Source: Heptranchias perlo
Taxonomy: Eukaryota
Reading direction: 5' to 3'
Length of the DNA: 64,000 nucleotides
NCBI RefSeq assembly: GCF_035084215.1
Contig: NC_090340.1
Coordinates: forward strand, 5,704,001 to 5,768,000
Shown: in pieces, positions 26,890-40,490 of the stretch
How the letters are laid out: every line of letters starts with the position of its first letter
Position numbering within the stretch: the first letter of the stretch is position 1
Position numbers and translations under genes: made by a program
Notes under the pieces: generated by a model
The model's input: only the letters and a program-made list of their open reading frames with translations
Told to the model about the DNA's origin: nothing
Database searches by the model: none

Positions 26890-27420
26890 GACTTAGTGTT
26901 TAGCTAAGCAGAGAGGCAAATATAGTATAGGGCTTCATTGGCGGGTCGACAGAGCAATAATATGGTATTGGCAAGACCCATTGTGGAGGATTATGTACAG
27001 CTATGGCCACATAATCATAAGAAGGACGTTATTCATCTGGAGATAATACAGGGAAGTCCAAAGACAACAATTCGTTTCATGAGGAGTTGAATTTGGAAGG
27101 AAAGGTTTAGGAAATCAGAATTGAGTTATTCCCGAAAGAGCAGATTCAAGAGTAAGCTAATTGACGTTGTCAAGATTATGAATAGAATTGATCCAGATAG
27201 AAGTTTTGTTTGCTGATGAGTTTAAATACGAGAAAGTAACAGCAAGAGAGGAAGTCAAGCGGAATAAATTTACTATAAATAATAAATTATGAAATAATTT
27301 ACCACTAAGCCATATAGTTCAGATGGGTTTAGCATTCTGGTTGTTGAAGGAGATCAGATTGTTAGATGGAGGCTGGTCGGCGAAGTGAGCTAATAAAATA
27401 GACAAATGACGAAAGACGGA
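26890..27420 (+). mobile_element. Highly decayed CR1 3' fragment
   Basis: Residual gcaagacccattgtggaggattatgtacagctatggccac...aagaaggacg (LVRPHLEYCVQFWSP-like). Confidence 0.5.
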
Positions 27421-28667
27421 TTTTCCTGCGTCTCCATCTTGTGATATTATCCACATCGGATTCTGTTCCAAGGTCGTATTTTACACGAGTACTGATATTA
27501 TAGAATATGGTTTCATACTATGGCTAGAATAGGTTGGTCCCAATGATTGTCCTCATTATTTGAAACAATTGCTAGCAGGTCATTCTTCATATTCCGTTTG
27601 TGTCAATAAGAAGACATTTTCAATTCAAAGCAAAATAATCTTTCTAAACACGTGAATCTATCTCTATTTACATGCAGTTAATACCTTGTTGAAACGGCCA
27701 AGAACTTTGAGTTCTTTCAACCATCACTTCTTTTGAGGCATGTCAAGTTTTTATTTTATATCCTTACTTCAGCCTTAAGATAGACTCATCTTTCCGGTGG
27801 CAGCTCTATTCTTGCTTCATTTTATCAAAGTATGTTAAAATAAAATTTAAGCCAGTAGCAGTTAATCCATCTCACTTGGGAAGAATGACCTCTTTTCTGC
27901 ATGCGGTATTCAAGAATTTAATAATCGGGAAAAGGATAGAGTTCAGAGCGGAATCATTTCAAAGCTAGAACAGGGGGTAATAAATGTTCTGTATATCAAC
28001 ATTGGTTAATTTTAGCATTTTGTTGGCTGCAGCAAACGATTGATTCATTATATTTGAAAAATGAGATCTATTGGAAGTGTCTGCTTCTGTTGACGTACTA
28101 GCGCCACACGAGTAGGGGCGCAATTGGACCAATGACTCCCTTGGTTCCTCCAATTGTTATTATTGTATTTCATCCAATAACTGAGTTGTTCGCCATAGCC
28201 ACTCTGAACAACAATAGCAAGAATTAACATTTATATTCAGCCTTTCAGTTAGAAAAAAAACAGTGGTCTTTGTAGCGCGGGTACAAATAAACAGGAACAT
28301 AAGAGCGGAAGACCATGGCAAGAGATTTGGAGAATTACCGAAAGCTGGTATTTCAAAAAATAGATTTTAGGAATGTTATAAAGGGGAAAGAGTGAAGAGG
28401 AAAGGTCGAGGGGTTCGTCCTGAAATGGAGGACCGAGAGTGACGGGAGACGTTTTTTTAGGCCATTTCAGAATTAAAGAATAGGGTGTAGCAAGATATTT
28501 TGAGATGATCACAATAATTTTACATTTTATTCAACGAGAGATTGAAACAAATGTACATTAGCGACGGAAAGGAGTAATGGGCGAACAGGGCTTAAAACAT
28601 AAGTGTCTACGTTAAAGGTGCTATGTTAATGAAAGTTGTTGTTGACGGTGGTGAGCTTTGGAGTCCA

Positions 28668-29740
28668 TAAACATAAGATATAAGAACATAAGAAATAGGA
28701 GCAGGAGTGGGCCATACGGCCCCTCAAGCCAGCTCCGCCGTTCAATCAGGTCATGGCTGATCTTTAACCTCAACTCCACTTGCCTGCCCGATCCCCATAT
28801 CCCTTAATTCCCCTAGAGTCCAAACATGTATCTATCTCAGCCTTGAATAAACTCAACAACTCAGCATCCACAGCCCTCTGGGGTAGATAATTTCAAAGAT
28901 TGACAACCCTCTCAGTGAAGAAATTCCTCCTTATCTGAATCTTAAATGGCCGACCCCTTATCCTGTGACTGTGCCCTCTAGTTCTAGACTCTCCAGCCAG
29001 GGGAAACAACCTCTCAGCCTCTACCCTGTCAAGCCCCGTCAAAATCTTATATGTTTCAAAGAGATCCTCTCTCATTCTTTTGAACTCCAGAGAGTATAGA
29101 CCCATTCTACTAAATATCTCCTCATAGGACAAGCCTCCCATGGCAGGAATCAATCTAGTGAACCTTCGTTGCACCACCTTTAAAGCAAGTATGTCCTTCC
29201 TTAGATAAGGAGACCAAAATTGCATGCAGTACTACAGGTAAGGTCTCACCAAAGCCCTGTACAATTGTAGTAAGACTTCCTTAATCTTGCACTCCAACCT
29301 CCTTGAAATAAAGGCCATCATGCCATTTGCCTTCCTAATTGCTTGCTGTACCTGCATGCTAACTTTTTTGTATTTCTTGTACCAGGACACCCAAGACTCT
29401 CTGGACACCAACATTTAACAGTTTCTCACCATTTAAAAATATTCTGTTTCTCTATTCTTCCTATCAAATTGAATAACCTCACATTTCCCCACATCAGTCT
29501 CCATCTGCCACCTTCTTGCCCTGTCACTTAACCTGTCGAGATCCCTTTGCAGACTCTTTGTGTCCTCCTCACAGCTTATTTTCCCACCAAACTTTGTATC
29601 GTCAGCAAACTTGGATACACTATACTCGGTCCCTCCATCCAGGTTATTTATAAGATTGTAAATACCTGAGGCCCAAGCACCGATCCTTGCGGTACACAAC
29701 TGGTTACAGCCTACCAACCGGGAAATGACACCTTTTTCCC
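28668..29740 (-). mobile_element. CR1 LINE 3' fragment
   Basis: QFWSPYLRKDILAL, KFADDTKFGG; (cataagaa)n tail. Confidence 0.9.
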
Positions 29741-30434
29741 TACAGTTTTTATGTAGAGTGGAGGATGAAAGACGAGCGAAGCGGAAGTTGGAGCGTTTCT
29801 GAGCAAAGACATGAGTCCATGAGATTCGATTCCAATTGCTGCTTTGCTTTGTTTGTTTTCACAATTCTGTGCCCTTCCCTGTCCTTCTCTTCGGATGACC
29901 ATGACTCTTGTTGAGTTGCGCTGGCAAAGGACCGAAGCGCTCCAGCAACTGGTCTAAATGATGACTGAAATTTTGAAGCCACCTGTAATGGCCCACTCTT
30001 GCTCCAGTTTATTAAAGCAAATTCAGCAGAGAACAGGTAGCGAATCTGGAACCTTCCTGATCTCAGAGTCACGTTGGGCATTTACCACGGAACTATAGGA
30101 ACGCTTAAAAAATGTTGCTTTAAAATGTTCAGCAAAATGTCAATACTTTTCTTTTGAAAGATATAAGTGTCCTTTAATGAGCTTGTCAATATTACATTCC
30201 ACCTTCAGGTCATATTATTTTTTTTCCATTGAGACGCTCACTGGTTCAGTTGGAACCCTCCCGCCTCTTAATGAAACGACCGTAGTTTCAATTCTGACTC
30301 GTTCACTCAAGCACATAACTGAGGCAGACACTCCGTTGCAGCAACGAACAAATGTTGCATTTTCCGTGGCCTTGTTTTTCTAACAAAACATTAAAGAGAG
30401 ACAAAAACATTTTCCTTTTGCATAATTCAGTTGA

Positions 30435-30640
30435 ATGCATAGGATCTCATAGCTCGATCTCAATAGAGCAGAGAACTCTGTGCCTTCGTCAACATTCCTC
30501 CCTCAACCAGGATAATTCACATCAGAGTAATGGGCCACTCATCGCAGTGTTAATTGTGGGATACTGCTGAGCTCAAAATGACTTCTTTGTTTTAAAGCAA
30601 GTAATTGTATGTGACGCACTTTCAGACTTTTCAGAGGGTA
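30435..30640 (+). mobile_element. Decayed Deu-domain SINE remnant
   Basis: caacattcctccctcaacc...attgtgggatactgctgagctcaaaatg similar to the 19395-19837 core. Confidence 0.45.
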
Positions 30641-31239
30641 CTTTCGCACTTCGCTACCAGCAACACTGAAACTGTTGTATAAATTAGGAGTCAAGACGCA
30701 GCGCGACCAGTCGGATAACCAGTCTCATAACACACCGTTTGTTCCAGGAGAGAATGTAACGCCAATGAGGTGTGACAGCGTATCTTAAAATGTCATGGAG
30801 CTCCTTGGACAATGCTTATCACGATTACCCCCTGCGGTTCATTTAAATGTTAGAATGCTGTCTTGCACTCTGTAAGTATTTGCTTTTTAACTGCAGGTTA
30901 CCCTTCTGCGCAGAGCTGTCTCCTGGGCAGGGTAATCAGGAGATCCAGTCTGTCGGTGTAAACGGGTAACCGCCCGGCTGGAATGCATCCTGTAGCATCA
31001 GAGGCACGCAGTGAATTCAAGTTTTTGTTTTCTCTTCCATTCAAGATTACCGTTAACCTTCTGGTTGCTGCAGGTCTCTGTTTCTTGAATTTAACATCTG
31101 ACAGTTTCTTTTCTGTATTGTTTGTCCTTTATTGTCCATTTTTAAAACTATCAACACCTCGATAGGTCAATATCGGAACCAATCATAGCTTTTCAACTTT
31201 AATTTACAAATTGTGGTCCCCACGTTACATTATGATGAG

Positions 31240-34200
31240 ATTAGAATCATAGAATCATACAACCATATCAAGGTTACAGCACTGAAGGCGGCCATTCGGC
31301 CCATCGAGTCCGCGCCGGCTCTATGCAAGAGCATTCCAGCTAGACCCACTTCCCCGGCCTATCCCGGTAGCCGTGCTTTTGTTTCTCCTTTCAAGTACTT
31401 ATCAAGTTCCCTTTTGAAGGCCATGATTGAATCTGCCTCGGGCAGTGCATTCCACATCCTAACAACTTGCAAAGCAAAAAGGTTTTTCCTCAAGTCACCT
31501 TTATTTTTTTTTGTCAATCGCCTTAAATCTATGCCCTCTGGTTCTTGACCCTTCCGACAATAAGAACAGTTTCTTCCTATCTATTATGACTGGACCCTTC
31601 ATGATTTTGAATACCTCTATCAAATCTCCTCACAACCGTCTCTGTTCCAATGAGAACAACTCCAGCTGCTCCAGTTTATCAACGTAACTAAAATGCCTCA
31701 TCCCTGGAGCCATTCTAGCAAATCTCTTCTGCACCTTCTCCAATGCCTTCACATCTTTCCTATAGTGTGATGCCCAGAACTGGACACAATGCTCCAGTTG
31801 TAGCTGAACCAGTGTTTTATAAAGGTTCATCATGACTTCCACATACTCCATGCCTATATTTATAAAGCCCATGATCCTGTGTGGTTTTTCAACCACTTTC
31901 TCAACCTACCCTGCCATCTTGAACGATTTGTGCACAAATACTCCCAGATATCTCTGTTCCCGTACCCCTTTTAGAATTGTGCCCTCTAGTTTTATTGCCT
32001 CTGCTCGTTCTTCCGATCAAAATATATCACTTCGCATTTTTCTGTGTTAAATTGTATCTGCCACGTGTCTGCCCATGCCACCAGCCTGTCTATCTCCTAT
32101 TGAAGTCTACCACTATCCTCCTCACTGTTTACTACCCTTCCAAGTTTTGTGCTATCTGCACATGTTGAAATTGTGCCCTGTGCACCCAAGTGAAAGTCGT
32201 TAACATATATCTAGAAAAGCAGTGGTCTCAGCACCGACACCTTGGGAACACCACTGTACAACTCCCTCCAGTCCGAAAAACAACTGTTCACCACTATTCT
32301 CTGTTTCCTGTCCCTTAGCCAATTCTGCATCCATGTTGCTACCGCCCCCTTTATTCCATGGGCCGCAATCTTGATAAGCATACAATGGAGAACTTTATCA
32401 AAAGCCTTTTGAAAGTCCATGTACGCCACATCAACTACATTGCCCTCATCGACCCTGTCTGTTACCTCATAAAAACTTAGTTAAACACGATTTGCCTTTA
32501 ACAAATCCGTGCTGGTTTTCCCTAATCAATCCTTACTTGTCCAAGTGACTGTTAATTCTGTCCCGTTTCTAAAAGTTTACCCACCACTGAGCTTAAACTG
32601 ATTGGACTATCGTTGCTGGGTTTACACTTACACCGATTTTTGAAAAACAGTGTAACATTTGCAATTCACAAGTCCTCCCGCACCACTCCCGTATCTATGA
32701 ATGTTTGGAAGATTATGGTCAGTACCTCCGCAATTTCCACCCTCACTTCCCTCAGGGTCCTAGGATGCATCCCATCCGGACCAGGCGACTTATCTACTTT
32801 ATGTACAACTAGCCTTTCACATATCTCTTCTCTATCAATTTTTGTCCCATCCAGTATCTCAACTGTATCTTCCTTTACTGAGACTCTGTGGCACCTTCTT
32901 CCTTGGTAAAGAAGATGCAAAATACCCATTTAGTACCTCAGCCGTCCCTTCTGCCTCCATGAGTAGAATTTCCCCTCTGAACTTTCTATATTCTGCCTGG
33001 TTCCCACTTGTGTTATTTATCTGACATCTGTCTTACGCCTTTTTTTTCCATTTCATCTTACTCACTATCTCTTTTGTCATCCAGGGAACTCTGGCTTTAG
33101 TTGCCCTAATTTTCAGCCTTCTGGGAATGTGTCTAGACTCTACCAGAACCATTCCCTCTTTAAAGGCCGCCCACTGTTCAATTACAGTTTTGCCTGCAAA
33201 TCTTTGATTCCAATTTACCCAGGCCAGATCTGTTCTCATCCCATTAAAATTGATCCTCCTCCAATTGTATAATTTTACTTTAGAGTGGTCTGTGTCCCTT
33301 TCCACAGCTATTCTAACCTTATGATATTATGATCGCTGTTCCCTAAATGCTCCACCACTGACACTTCATCCACTTGGCCCGCCTAATTCCCTAGAACCAA
33401 ATCCAGCAATGCTTATTTACTCATTGGGCTGGAAACGTACTTGTTAAGAAAGTTAACATGAACAAATTTCAAAAATTCCTCCCCCTCTTTGCCCCTTGTA
33501 TTATTACATCACTGTCTATATTACAGTAGCTGAAGACCCCAGTTATCACTAATCTAGAGCTTTTGCACCTCTCTGTAATTTCTCTGCAAATTTGTTTCTC
33601 TATATTCTTCCCACTAATTGGTGGCCTATAGAATACATCCAGTAGTGTACTGGTACCTCCTTTATTTCTTAACTCTAACCAAATAGATTATATCCTTTAC
33701 CACTCCCCGACATCATCGCTCTCCAGTAATGCAATATTCTCCTTTATCAATGCTGCCACCCACCTCTCCATTCTTTGCTTCCCTATCTTTAATGAACACC
33801 TTGAATCCAGGAATATTTGGTACCCAATCCTGCCCTTTTTTGAGCCAGATCTCCGATATCGCCACTACATCGTATTTCCATGTGGCTATTTTTGCGTGCA
33901 GCTCACCAACCTTGTTAACCACACTTCGTGCATTTACACACATGTACTGCAAACCAGTCTCAGACTTGTTTTTACTCCCTCTTAGTCTGATCCCACCTAA
34001 CAATGTACTATTACTTGTTCCAGTGCTATATTTCTCCCCCAATCCTTTGTGCCCCCTGTTTCTCCTTTCCATTGCAACATCGTGGTGCCCATCCCTCTGT
34101 CAAATTAGCTTACGCCCGCTACCACCCCCCCCCCCCAAAAAAAAACACTAGCGAACCTCCCCACGAGGATATTGATGCCAGCTCCGTTGAGATGCAACCC

Positions 34201-34430
34201 ATTCGGCCTATATAGATCCCAGCTACCCCGTCCCAATGCCCCAGGAATCCAAAGCCCTCCCTCCTGCACCATCTCTCCAGTCACACAGTCATCTCCTCTA
34301 TCCCTCTATTTCTATACTCACTAGCACGTGGCACCGGGCGTAATCCAGAGATTACTACCTTTGAGATCCTGCATCATAATCTCTTTCCTAACTCTTTAAA
34401 ATCGACCTGCTGGACATCATTCCTCCTCCT
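31240..34430 (-). mobile_element. CR1 LINE (ORF1 end, APE, RT, 3' UTR), degenerate with internal deletions
   Basis: YMCVNARSVVNKVGEL, KSPGPDGMHPR, DFQKAFDKV, EHCVQFWASHYRKD; agaatcat tail repeats. Confidence 0.92.
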
Positions 34431-35267
34431 AATTATGATGTATTATGAAAATCCTTTTTCTGCCTATGGAGAATTATGAAAATCCAGCCCTGATTATCGA
34501 CTATCCGCATTACACAACGTGCGTTTGCGAGTCGATTAACACAGGTTTGCCTTAATTTATACCCGGAGTTTGCTATACAAATTTTATCTCAGAGAAGAAA
34601 GTCAGGAGAGATATTAAAGGCTGATTGGCAAGCGAAGCAAATGGATGCCTACGATTACGCTGATCAAATGGAACCAGCGTAAGGATTGGGTTTACTGATC
34701 CTTGTCGCTTCTAAGAGGCTAAAAGTGAGTTTTTGAGGCATTGGCTAATACGGCAGCTGAAAAGCTAATGTTCGCACAACTCATTTTCCACACGATTTCA
34801 AAATCTCTTTTCATATCCTGCTGCTACAACAACGTGACAGCGTTCAATGGTTAGTGTTTTTCGACATTCTAGTTTGTCTCAGTGGTGTCTCGAAGATAAT
34901 TGTTTACCAGTAGGTCGTATGCACTATTGCAACCTTTACCAAATCATTGATTATTCATCGTATATTCCTTTATTTCGTTGCAAGAAGCAATGCGCTATTT
35001 TCAGTGCAACAGTAATATTTCACTGTAAATAATCATATTCTCACCAGTGTGCAGATCTGTTATTCGTTTTCGTTTTTAAAGACGGTTTTACATCTTCATT
35101 ATTTATAGACAATGAAATTTAAATAACTCAGCTGGCTTGTTGTTTAGTAGTTATATCATCTAATGCCTACACTTAATAAATAGAACTTTTTTGCAAGGTA
35201 TGTAGAAGGATAAAGTATTTTACCGGAATGTGTGCGGCGCTGGTTATTATTTTGTTGTATATTTCAG

Positions 35268-35609
35268 GAACGATTGCTCCTACAAAGCAATTCAAACTGA
35301 CTCAAAACCAGTCCTGTGCATTAAAGATGAAAGGTGAGAACTTCACATTTGTTTGCAAACTTCCTCCGACACGGATTGCTCTTATGCTTCATGTGTATTT
35401 GAGAAGATTTGATGGGAGTAAATCTATAGTATCCCCATCGGAAAGCCAGTCAGCTGATAAAGTCCATGTAAACTTTGAGAAAGAAAAATGGCTCGGTTCT
35501 ATTATGCTCCGTAACATCAGCGTGGCGGACTCTGGAGTATATTGCTGTCAATTCTACTACAGGGACGGAAAGAACGTATCCCAGAATGGGAGCAAACTCA
35601 TTGTACTTG
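35268..35609 (+). CDS. Receptor gene A exon 2: Ig V-set domain with germline-joined J-like G strand
   Basis: tttcag| acceptor, G|gtgagt donor, phase 1-1; LTQ...GENFTFVC...SIMLRNISVADSGVYCC...NGSKLIVL. Confidence 0.9.
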
Positions 35610-36972
35610 GTGAGTACCCCCTTGCCAAATGGTCACAGGACGATTTTGCTCAATCCTATCATTTTATTTGGATTGCAGCGAACGGTTAAGTAACACAGCA
35701 TTAAGGTTTTCGAGTGCGTGTTATATTTTATCATGAATGAAAGTAAAATATAGTATATGTAAAAAGGGCTCGCATTCATCACAAGATGCCGCAGTTGATC
35801 GTGCCGCTGATCCACACAGACCAGAATAACCCATAACGTATACCGGGATGGAAGAAGTAAACTGATCTTCATAAGATTGACGTGGGAACGGCAATTAGTC
35901 TTACATCCCTGACTAAAGGTGGCAAACCAAAGTCTCTGCCCTTGATAGTTGTCTTAAGATCTTTGCTGGAAGAGGACATATGGTAGAAAAGAACGATCGT
36001 TCCTCCCCACGGCCAATTAGCCTCCAAAACTTTTGTGGTAAATTTTGGCCTTTAACAATGAGGCGGTAATTTAGCGGGGCACACTGCAGGCCATTGATTT
36101 AAACCGCCCGATTTCCATTCGGTTTATTTGAATATAAGATCCCATTGCTAGAATATATTGGTGATAGCAAGAAACTCTGAACTGTAGATAAGTCATGCAA
36201 AGAAATGTGGCTGAATGTTCAGCCCTTCCGACTAGCGCAATGGGACCATATCCCGGGGCAATGGGCGGCAATCATCCATCGCCCGTTGCCGCAGACGCTG
36301 TCGGCGCGGGAATGTTCACATGCGTCTGCCACTGTACGGCCATTGCGACCTACGAAGTCAGGATCCGGAACAAATGGGGGTCGGGTGGACGAGGACCCGA
36401 AACTTGAGTTCCTCTTCCATTTTGTGAGGGCAGGAAGAGCAAACACAGGTGCCACAAACACTGTCTGCGCCACTGATGCTCCCGCTCCCACCAGCTCCGC
36501 GCATTGTCTTCCACTCCGCTTCCAGGAAGCTACTTTGCCCGGGCCGACGCCCGACGTTGAGCCGCCCGATATTGCTGCGGCGGGAAGCCCGACACAAAAG
36601 AGGTCCGGACATCGAAATGGAGTGCGATCCTACAGTGGACTGTACGCCAGCCGGCCGGCGTGTTCCGCCAGACAACCGCCCGAATAACGGTCTGGGCCGA
36701 AATCCACTCCACGAGGGCAATTTTCAAATTGCTGCCGGGAGATAAAGTGGTTTTGAGGTAGGGCGGAGATTTTAACGGCTTTGTTGTACTCCGTGAGTTC
36801 AAGTATCCTTTGTGACTTGGATTTTGCCCTGTGCCCACTATATCCATGTTTCGAGAGTTTAGGGATAAATTCTATAACAGATTATTTTGAAACGCAAGTT
36901 AAATAAATTCTTTTGTGCCTGCGCTACGCACTTTACTGGTTTGTTTTTAGTGTCTTTTTTTTTCCAACAAAG

Positions 36973-37269
36973 AACCTCCGACTCCTCTAATAATTTCCGC
37001 TGCATTGACTCAAAATCGTTCAACTTCTATGCGATTGGTGTGCGAAACGGCTTGGTTTTACCCGGAAGATTATAACATCACTTGGTATAAAGATCGTACG
37101 GAGATTGCGTTTGGAATCAGTGCACAGCGGAACGCAGAGGGCTTGTCTCAGGTTTCCAGCTACGTAGAAGATCAGAACTCTGTGCATAATGGGGCAACTT
37201 ACACGTGCCAAGTATCTCACATATCCCTTCAGACTCCATCCAGTGTCAGTTATACTATCAATAGTAAGG
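36973..37269 (+). CDS. Receptor gene A exon 3: Ig C1-set domain
   Basis: Polypyrimidine tract + ag| acceptor, G|gtaaga donor, phase 1-1; LVCETAWFYPEDYNITWYKD...YTCQVSHISL (FYP, W and YxCxVxH C1 signature). Confidence 0.92.
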
Positions 37270-38069
37270 GTAAGATCTCATGAATACAATTAACTGCAGC
37301 TAAATAGTTTAAGTATTAATTGCAGTAGCTAAACAAAAACATTTGCATATTGCTAATTCACTCCCATTTCCGGAGACTCTCTGTACATTATCTGCCCAGT
37401 CTTTAACTGACTCCTACAAGCCAAGAAAGTTCCAAGAAAGTCAGCACTGCTCTGTGCTGACTTACCCATTCTCAGCTGGCCTGGCCCGATGGCAGTTACA
37501 GCTGAATCAACGCCCCAAAGAGAAGAGGAAGTCAATCGGTGTGCTCACTCCTTGTCACAACCCTATGATAAATTGATGGAGAATGAATGTATCTGGATTT
37601 GGAGTGAGGACAGAATTCTACTCCACTGTGGTGCATTCCATTATCCAAATTGCTGACAATACTGAAAGTCTAGGCAACAAATGGGTGAATGAATGGCAAA
37701 TTCCGCGAAATCCTGACGAGCGCCTGATATCCGTGGAATTACTGGGCAGCTCTGTAGACTCAGCTTCTGCCTTCTCTCTTGGAACTAGTCGTCACTTTAT
37801 TTATATTAACACACATTGACTGTAGAATGTACCACAAATAATTTACTAATAGATATATAAAGTATGAATACGTAGTATGAATGGTCCTCGAGGCAAGATT
37901 ATCATTATTTAAACACAAAGCTACGCACAAGAACAAATAATTTCTGCCCGGAGAAAATGAGAGTTAATACTGCATTGCAAAAGATCACATTTAAGTTGCA
38001 ATTATACTGCGTTCAGTGTGGTTATGAGGAACCGATTATTTAGGCGTGACGATAGAATAGTCGAACCAG

Positions 38070-38462
38070 TTGTCGCTTAGTTGTCGCACTTTTGCCTCTG
38101 AGTCAGAAGCTCGTGGGTCCACGTCCCACTCCAGAGACTTAAACCCACACCTATTCTAGGCTGACGCTTAAGTGCAGTACTGAGGGAGTACTGCAGTGTC
38201 CGAGGATGGGATGTAAAACCTTCTGCCCTCTTTAGTGTTTGTAAAAGATGCTGTGGCACTATTTGAGAAATGCAGTGGATTTCTACCACTAAAAATGAAA
38301 TAAATTATCTCATTGCTGTTTGCGGGACTTTATTGGGCACAAATAATCTGTATGTGTCTAACATTACAACAGTAATTACACTTCAAAATTACTTCACTGG
38401 CTGCAAAGCGCTCGGGAAGTCTTGAGGCTGCGAAAGGCGCTATATAAATGTAGTTTATTTCT
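38070..38462 (+). mobile_element. Deu-domain tRNA-derived SINE
   Basis: gcctctgagtcagaag head, cagtactgagggag core, cttgaggctgcgaaaggcgctatataaatg tail. Confidence 0.8.
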
Positions 38463-38589
38463 TACAAACTATCAACAATGACTTTTAGATCGATGTGCGC
38501 CTTCCAGTTTTGCGGCACTTTATGACGTTTTTTATTATTTTCAGTGACTTATATCATCTCTTGAATTCCATGTTTTATTTATCCTGCAG

Positions 38590-38700
38590 GTAATGACTTT
38601 ATATTGTATTCTGTCATATCTGCATGTATCTTCGGTGGAATGATTTGTATAATAGGAGCAGGCATCGTATTGAAGCGTTTCAAATTGAAGACTGAAGAAG
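38590..38700 (+). CDS. Receptor gene A exon 4: transmembrane (NDFILYSVISACIFGGMICIIGAGIVLKRFKLKTEE)
   Basis: ctgcag| acceptor, G|gtaatt donor, 111 nt phase 1-1; uncharged hydrophobic stretch followed by KRFK. Confidence 0.88.
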
Positions 38701-40133
38701 GTAATTCAGATACCTTTATTTAAAGCAGTACAACATGAAGTTCAAATAATTCAGGGTACTTCAGAATCAGAAATTAAAACTAACTGCATACATATGTATG
38801 GGAAATACACGTTGATGTAACAAATTAAAGCCTGATTTTAGTTAATGTGTTTTGCCATTACATTTGACAAATTAACATTTATGCGCCCTGGAGGCTCTAT
38901 GCTATGGATCTGTGCCATTTAGGAAGACAAACATAAACGTAGACATCCCTGCACTCAAGAAACAGAACCCCTTCAGGAGGTCGTCTCAGACAAGTAGGGC
39001 TTCACACCAGTTGTAACACCGCAACATGGTACGATTGGGAAATGTACAAATGCTTTGTTGGATTTTCTGGCTCGTTCTAAACTTACGCTACTTAACTTCA
39101 ACGTGAGTTCCACCAATAGCCCGTTTACGCTTGTTTTCCGCCAAAGTTACGGTGGACGACGAGGAGATATGCCACGAAATGTAAGCCTTAGTTTTCAAAT
39201 TTCTTTGTAATTTTGGCGGAAAGCAGGAGCTGCTTCCACTATCTTCTAACCGAAGAAATAGCCATCTGAGATTAGGTATTAGCTCTGGCACGTAATCACA
39301 CCACGGGCAGCGGCAGAGTGAAAGTAAGTGTCCACAGTAAAATTAGGGGGCTGAAATGCACTTTCTTCACCAGGCGATAACGGAGTGTTAAGGACCTCAT
39401 AATGGGGTTTGTAGCCGTACCACCCGGTTAACAGCGGCAATGGGGCCGGATTCGCTTTTAAAGGGACCGATATCAGGTGGGCCCCTTTTAACATGGACAT
39501 CGAGTTCCCAATCGGACTTCATTTCCATTTTAGATTGGAACTGGCAGGAGCCTCTTCCCTGCCTGGTCAGTTCCACGGTTGATGGTGCTAAAGAGACCAG
39601 ACGCAATTGAGAGCGGTATTATTTTGAATGGCCCTGGCCGCACAGGAGTGCTCCTCCAGGGCCCACAAAGATAATCGGGAACGCTGCCGCACTATGATGG
39701 CGATCACCTCACCTCCCAACATACATTTAGGACCAATTTTGGGAGACATCATACCGGCGAGTAGCATCGAAACGCCCGTTTACTGCCCTGTAGCTGACCA
39801 GTCCATTGTTAATGAGGCCGCTGCCTCAAAATCGGGACTGCATTTTCACGCTCAACTGGGTCGGTTGCCCAAAACTCAAAATGGACCCAACGGACCTTGT
39901 CTGCTGTGCTTTTCACTCTATGAATACAGGTCTGAAAGAGTAGGGTACAATGCTTACATACATTGTGTTGAGGTTCTGCAGAATTCAACTGAATAACTCG
40001 ATCGCAAATTATACTTAATCAGTAAGATTTCCAGATGATACTTTGTAATTAATTGTTTCTTCCAGATATTTGATAACGTGTGGCAGATATTAATTTAGTT
40101 GTTATTTGAAGACTTATTGACTTCAATTTCCAG

Positions 40134-40177
40134 GTGCTGAAACCTATGCAAAAGAACACAGCCACTGTACTAATAGG
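40134..40177 (+). CDS. Receptor gene A exon 5: short cytoplasmic exon (GAETYAKEHSHCTNR)
   Basis: tttccag| acceptor, AGG|gtaagt donor, phase 1 to 0, fits the flanking exons. Confidence 0.75.
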
Positions 40178-40191
40178 GTAAGTCCTACACA

Positions 40192-40490
40192 TTGATCTAT
40201 CTATCAANNNNNNNNNNNNNNNNNNNNNNNNNNNNNNNNNNNNNNNNNNNNNNNNNNNNNNNNNNNNNNNNNNNNNNNNNNNNNNNNNNNNNNNNNNNNN
40301 NNNNNNNNNNNNNNNNNNNNNNNNNNNNNNNNNNNNNNNNNNNNNNNNNNNNNNNNNNNNNNNNNNNNNNNNNNNNNNNNNNNNNCTATAGATCTACTTA
40401 TCCACCTATCTATCTGTAAATGTATATATCCATCTAGCTATCGTCCATCTATCTATTTATCTATCGATAAATCTATCAAACTATCTTTTT
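40192..40490. repeat. (TCTA)n microsatellite containing an assembly gap (N run 40208-40385); resumes at 43884-43925
   Basis: ctat/tcta repeats flank the Ns; similar repeats plus (TA)n follow the LINE cluster. Confidence 0.85.

Noticed and set aside
30897-30931. 35-nt exon-like segment in intron 1 of receptor A
   Set aside because: Inclusion would break the phase between the leader and V exons.
35228-35267. MCAALVIILLYISG as an in-exon signal peptide
   Set aside because: The hydrophobicity comes from the T-rich acceptor tract; the spliced leader at 25833 is preferred, though this start is not excluded.
35600-35700. Rearranging V segment (TCR/Ig/IgNAR)
   Set aside because: V already includes the G strand and ends at a splice donor; no heptamer/nonamer RSS seen.
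36071-36847. GC-rich cluster of overlapping ORFs
   Set aside because: Intronic and probably a GC-rich repeat (similar texture at 39320-39850); no protein motifs.
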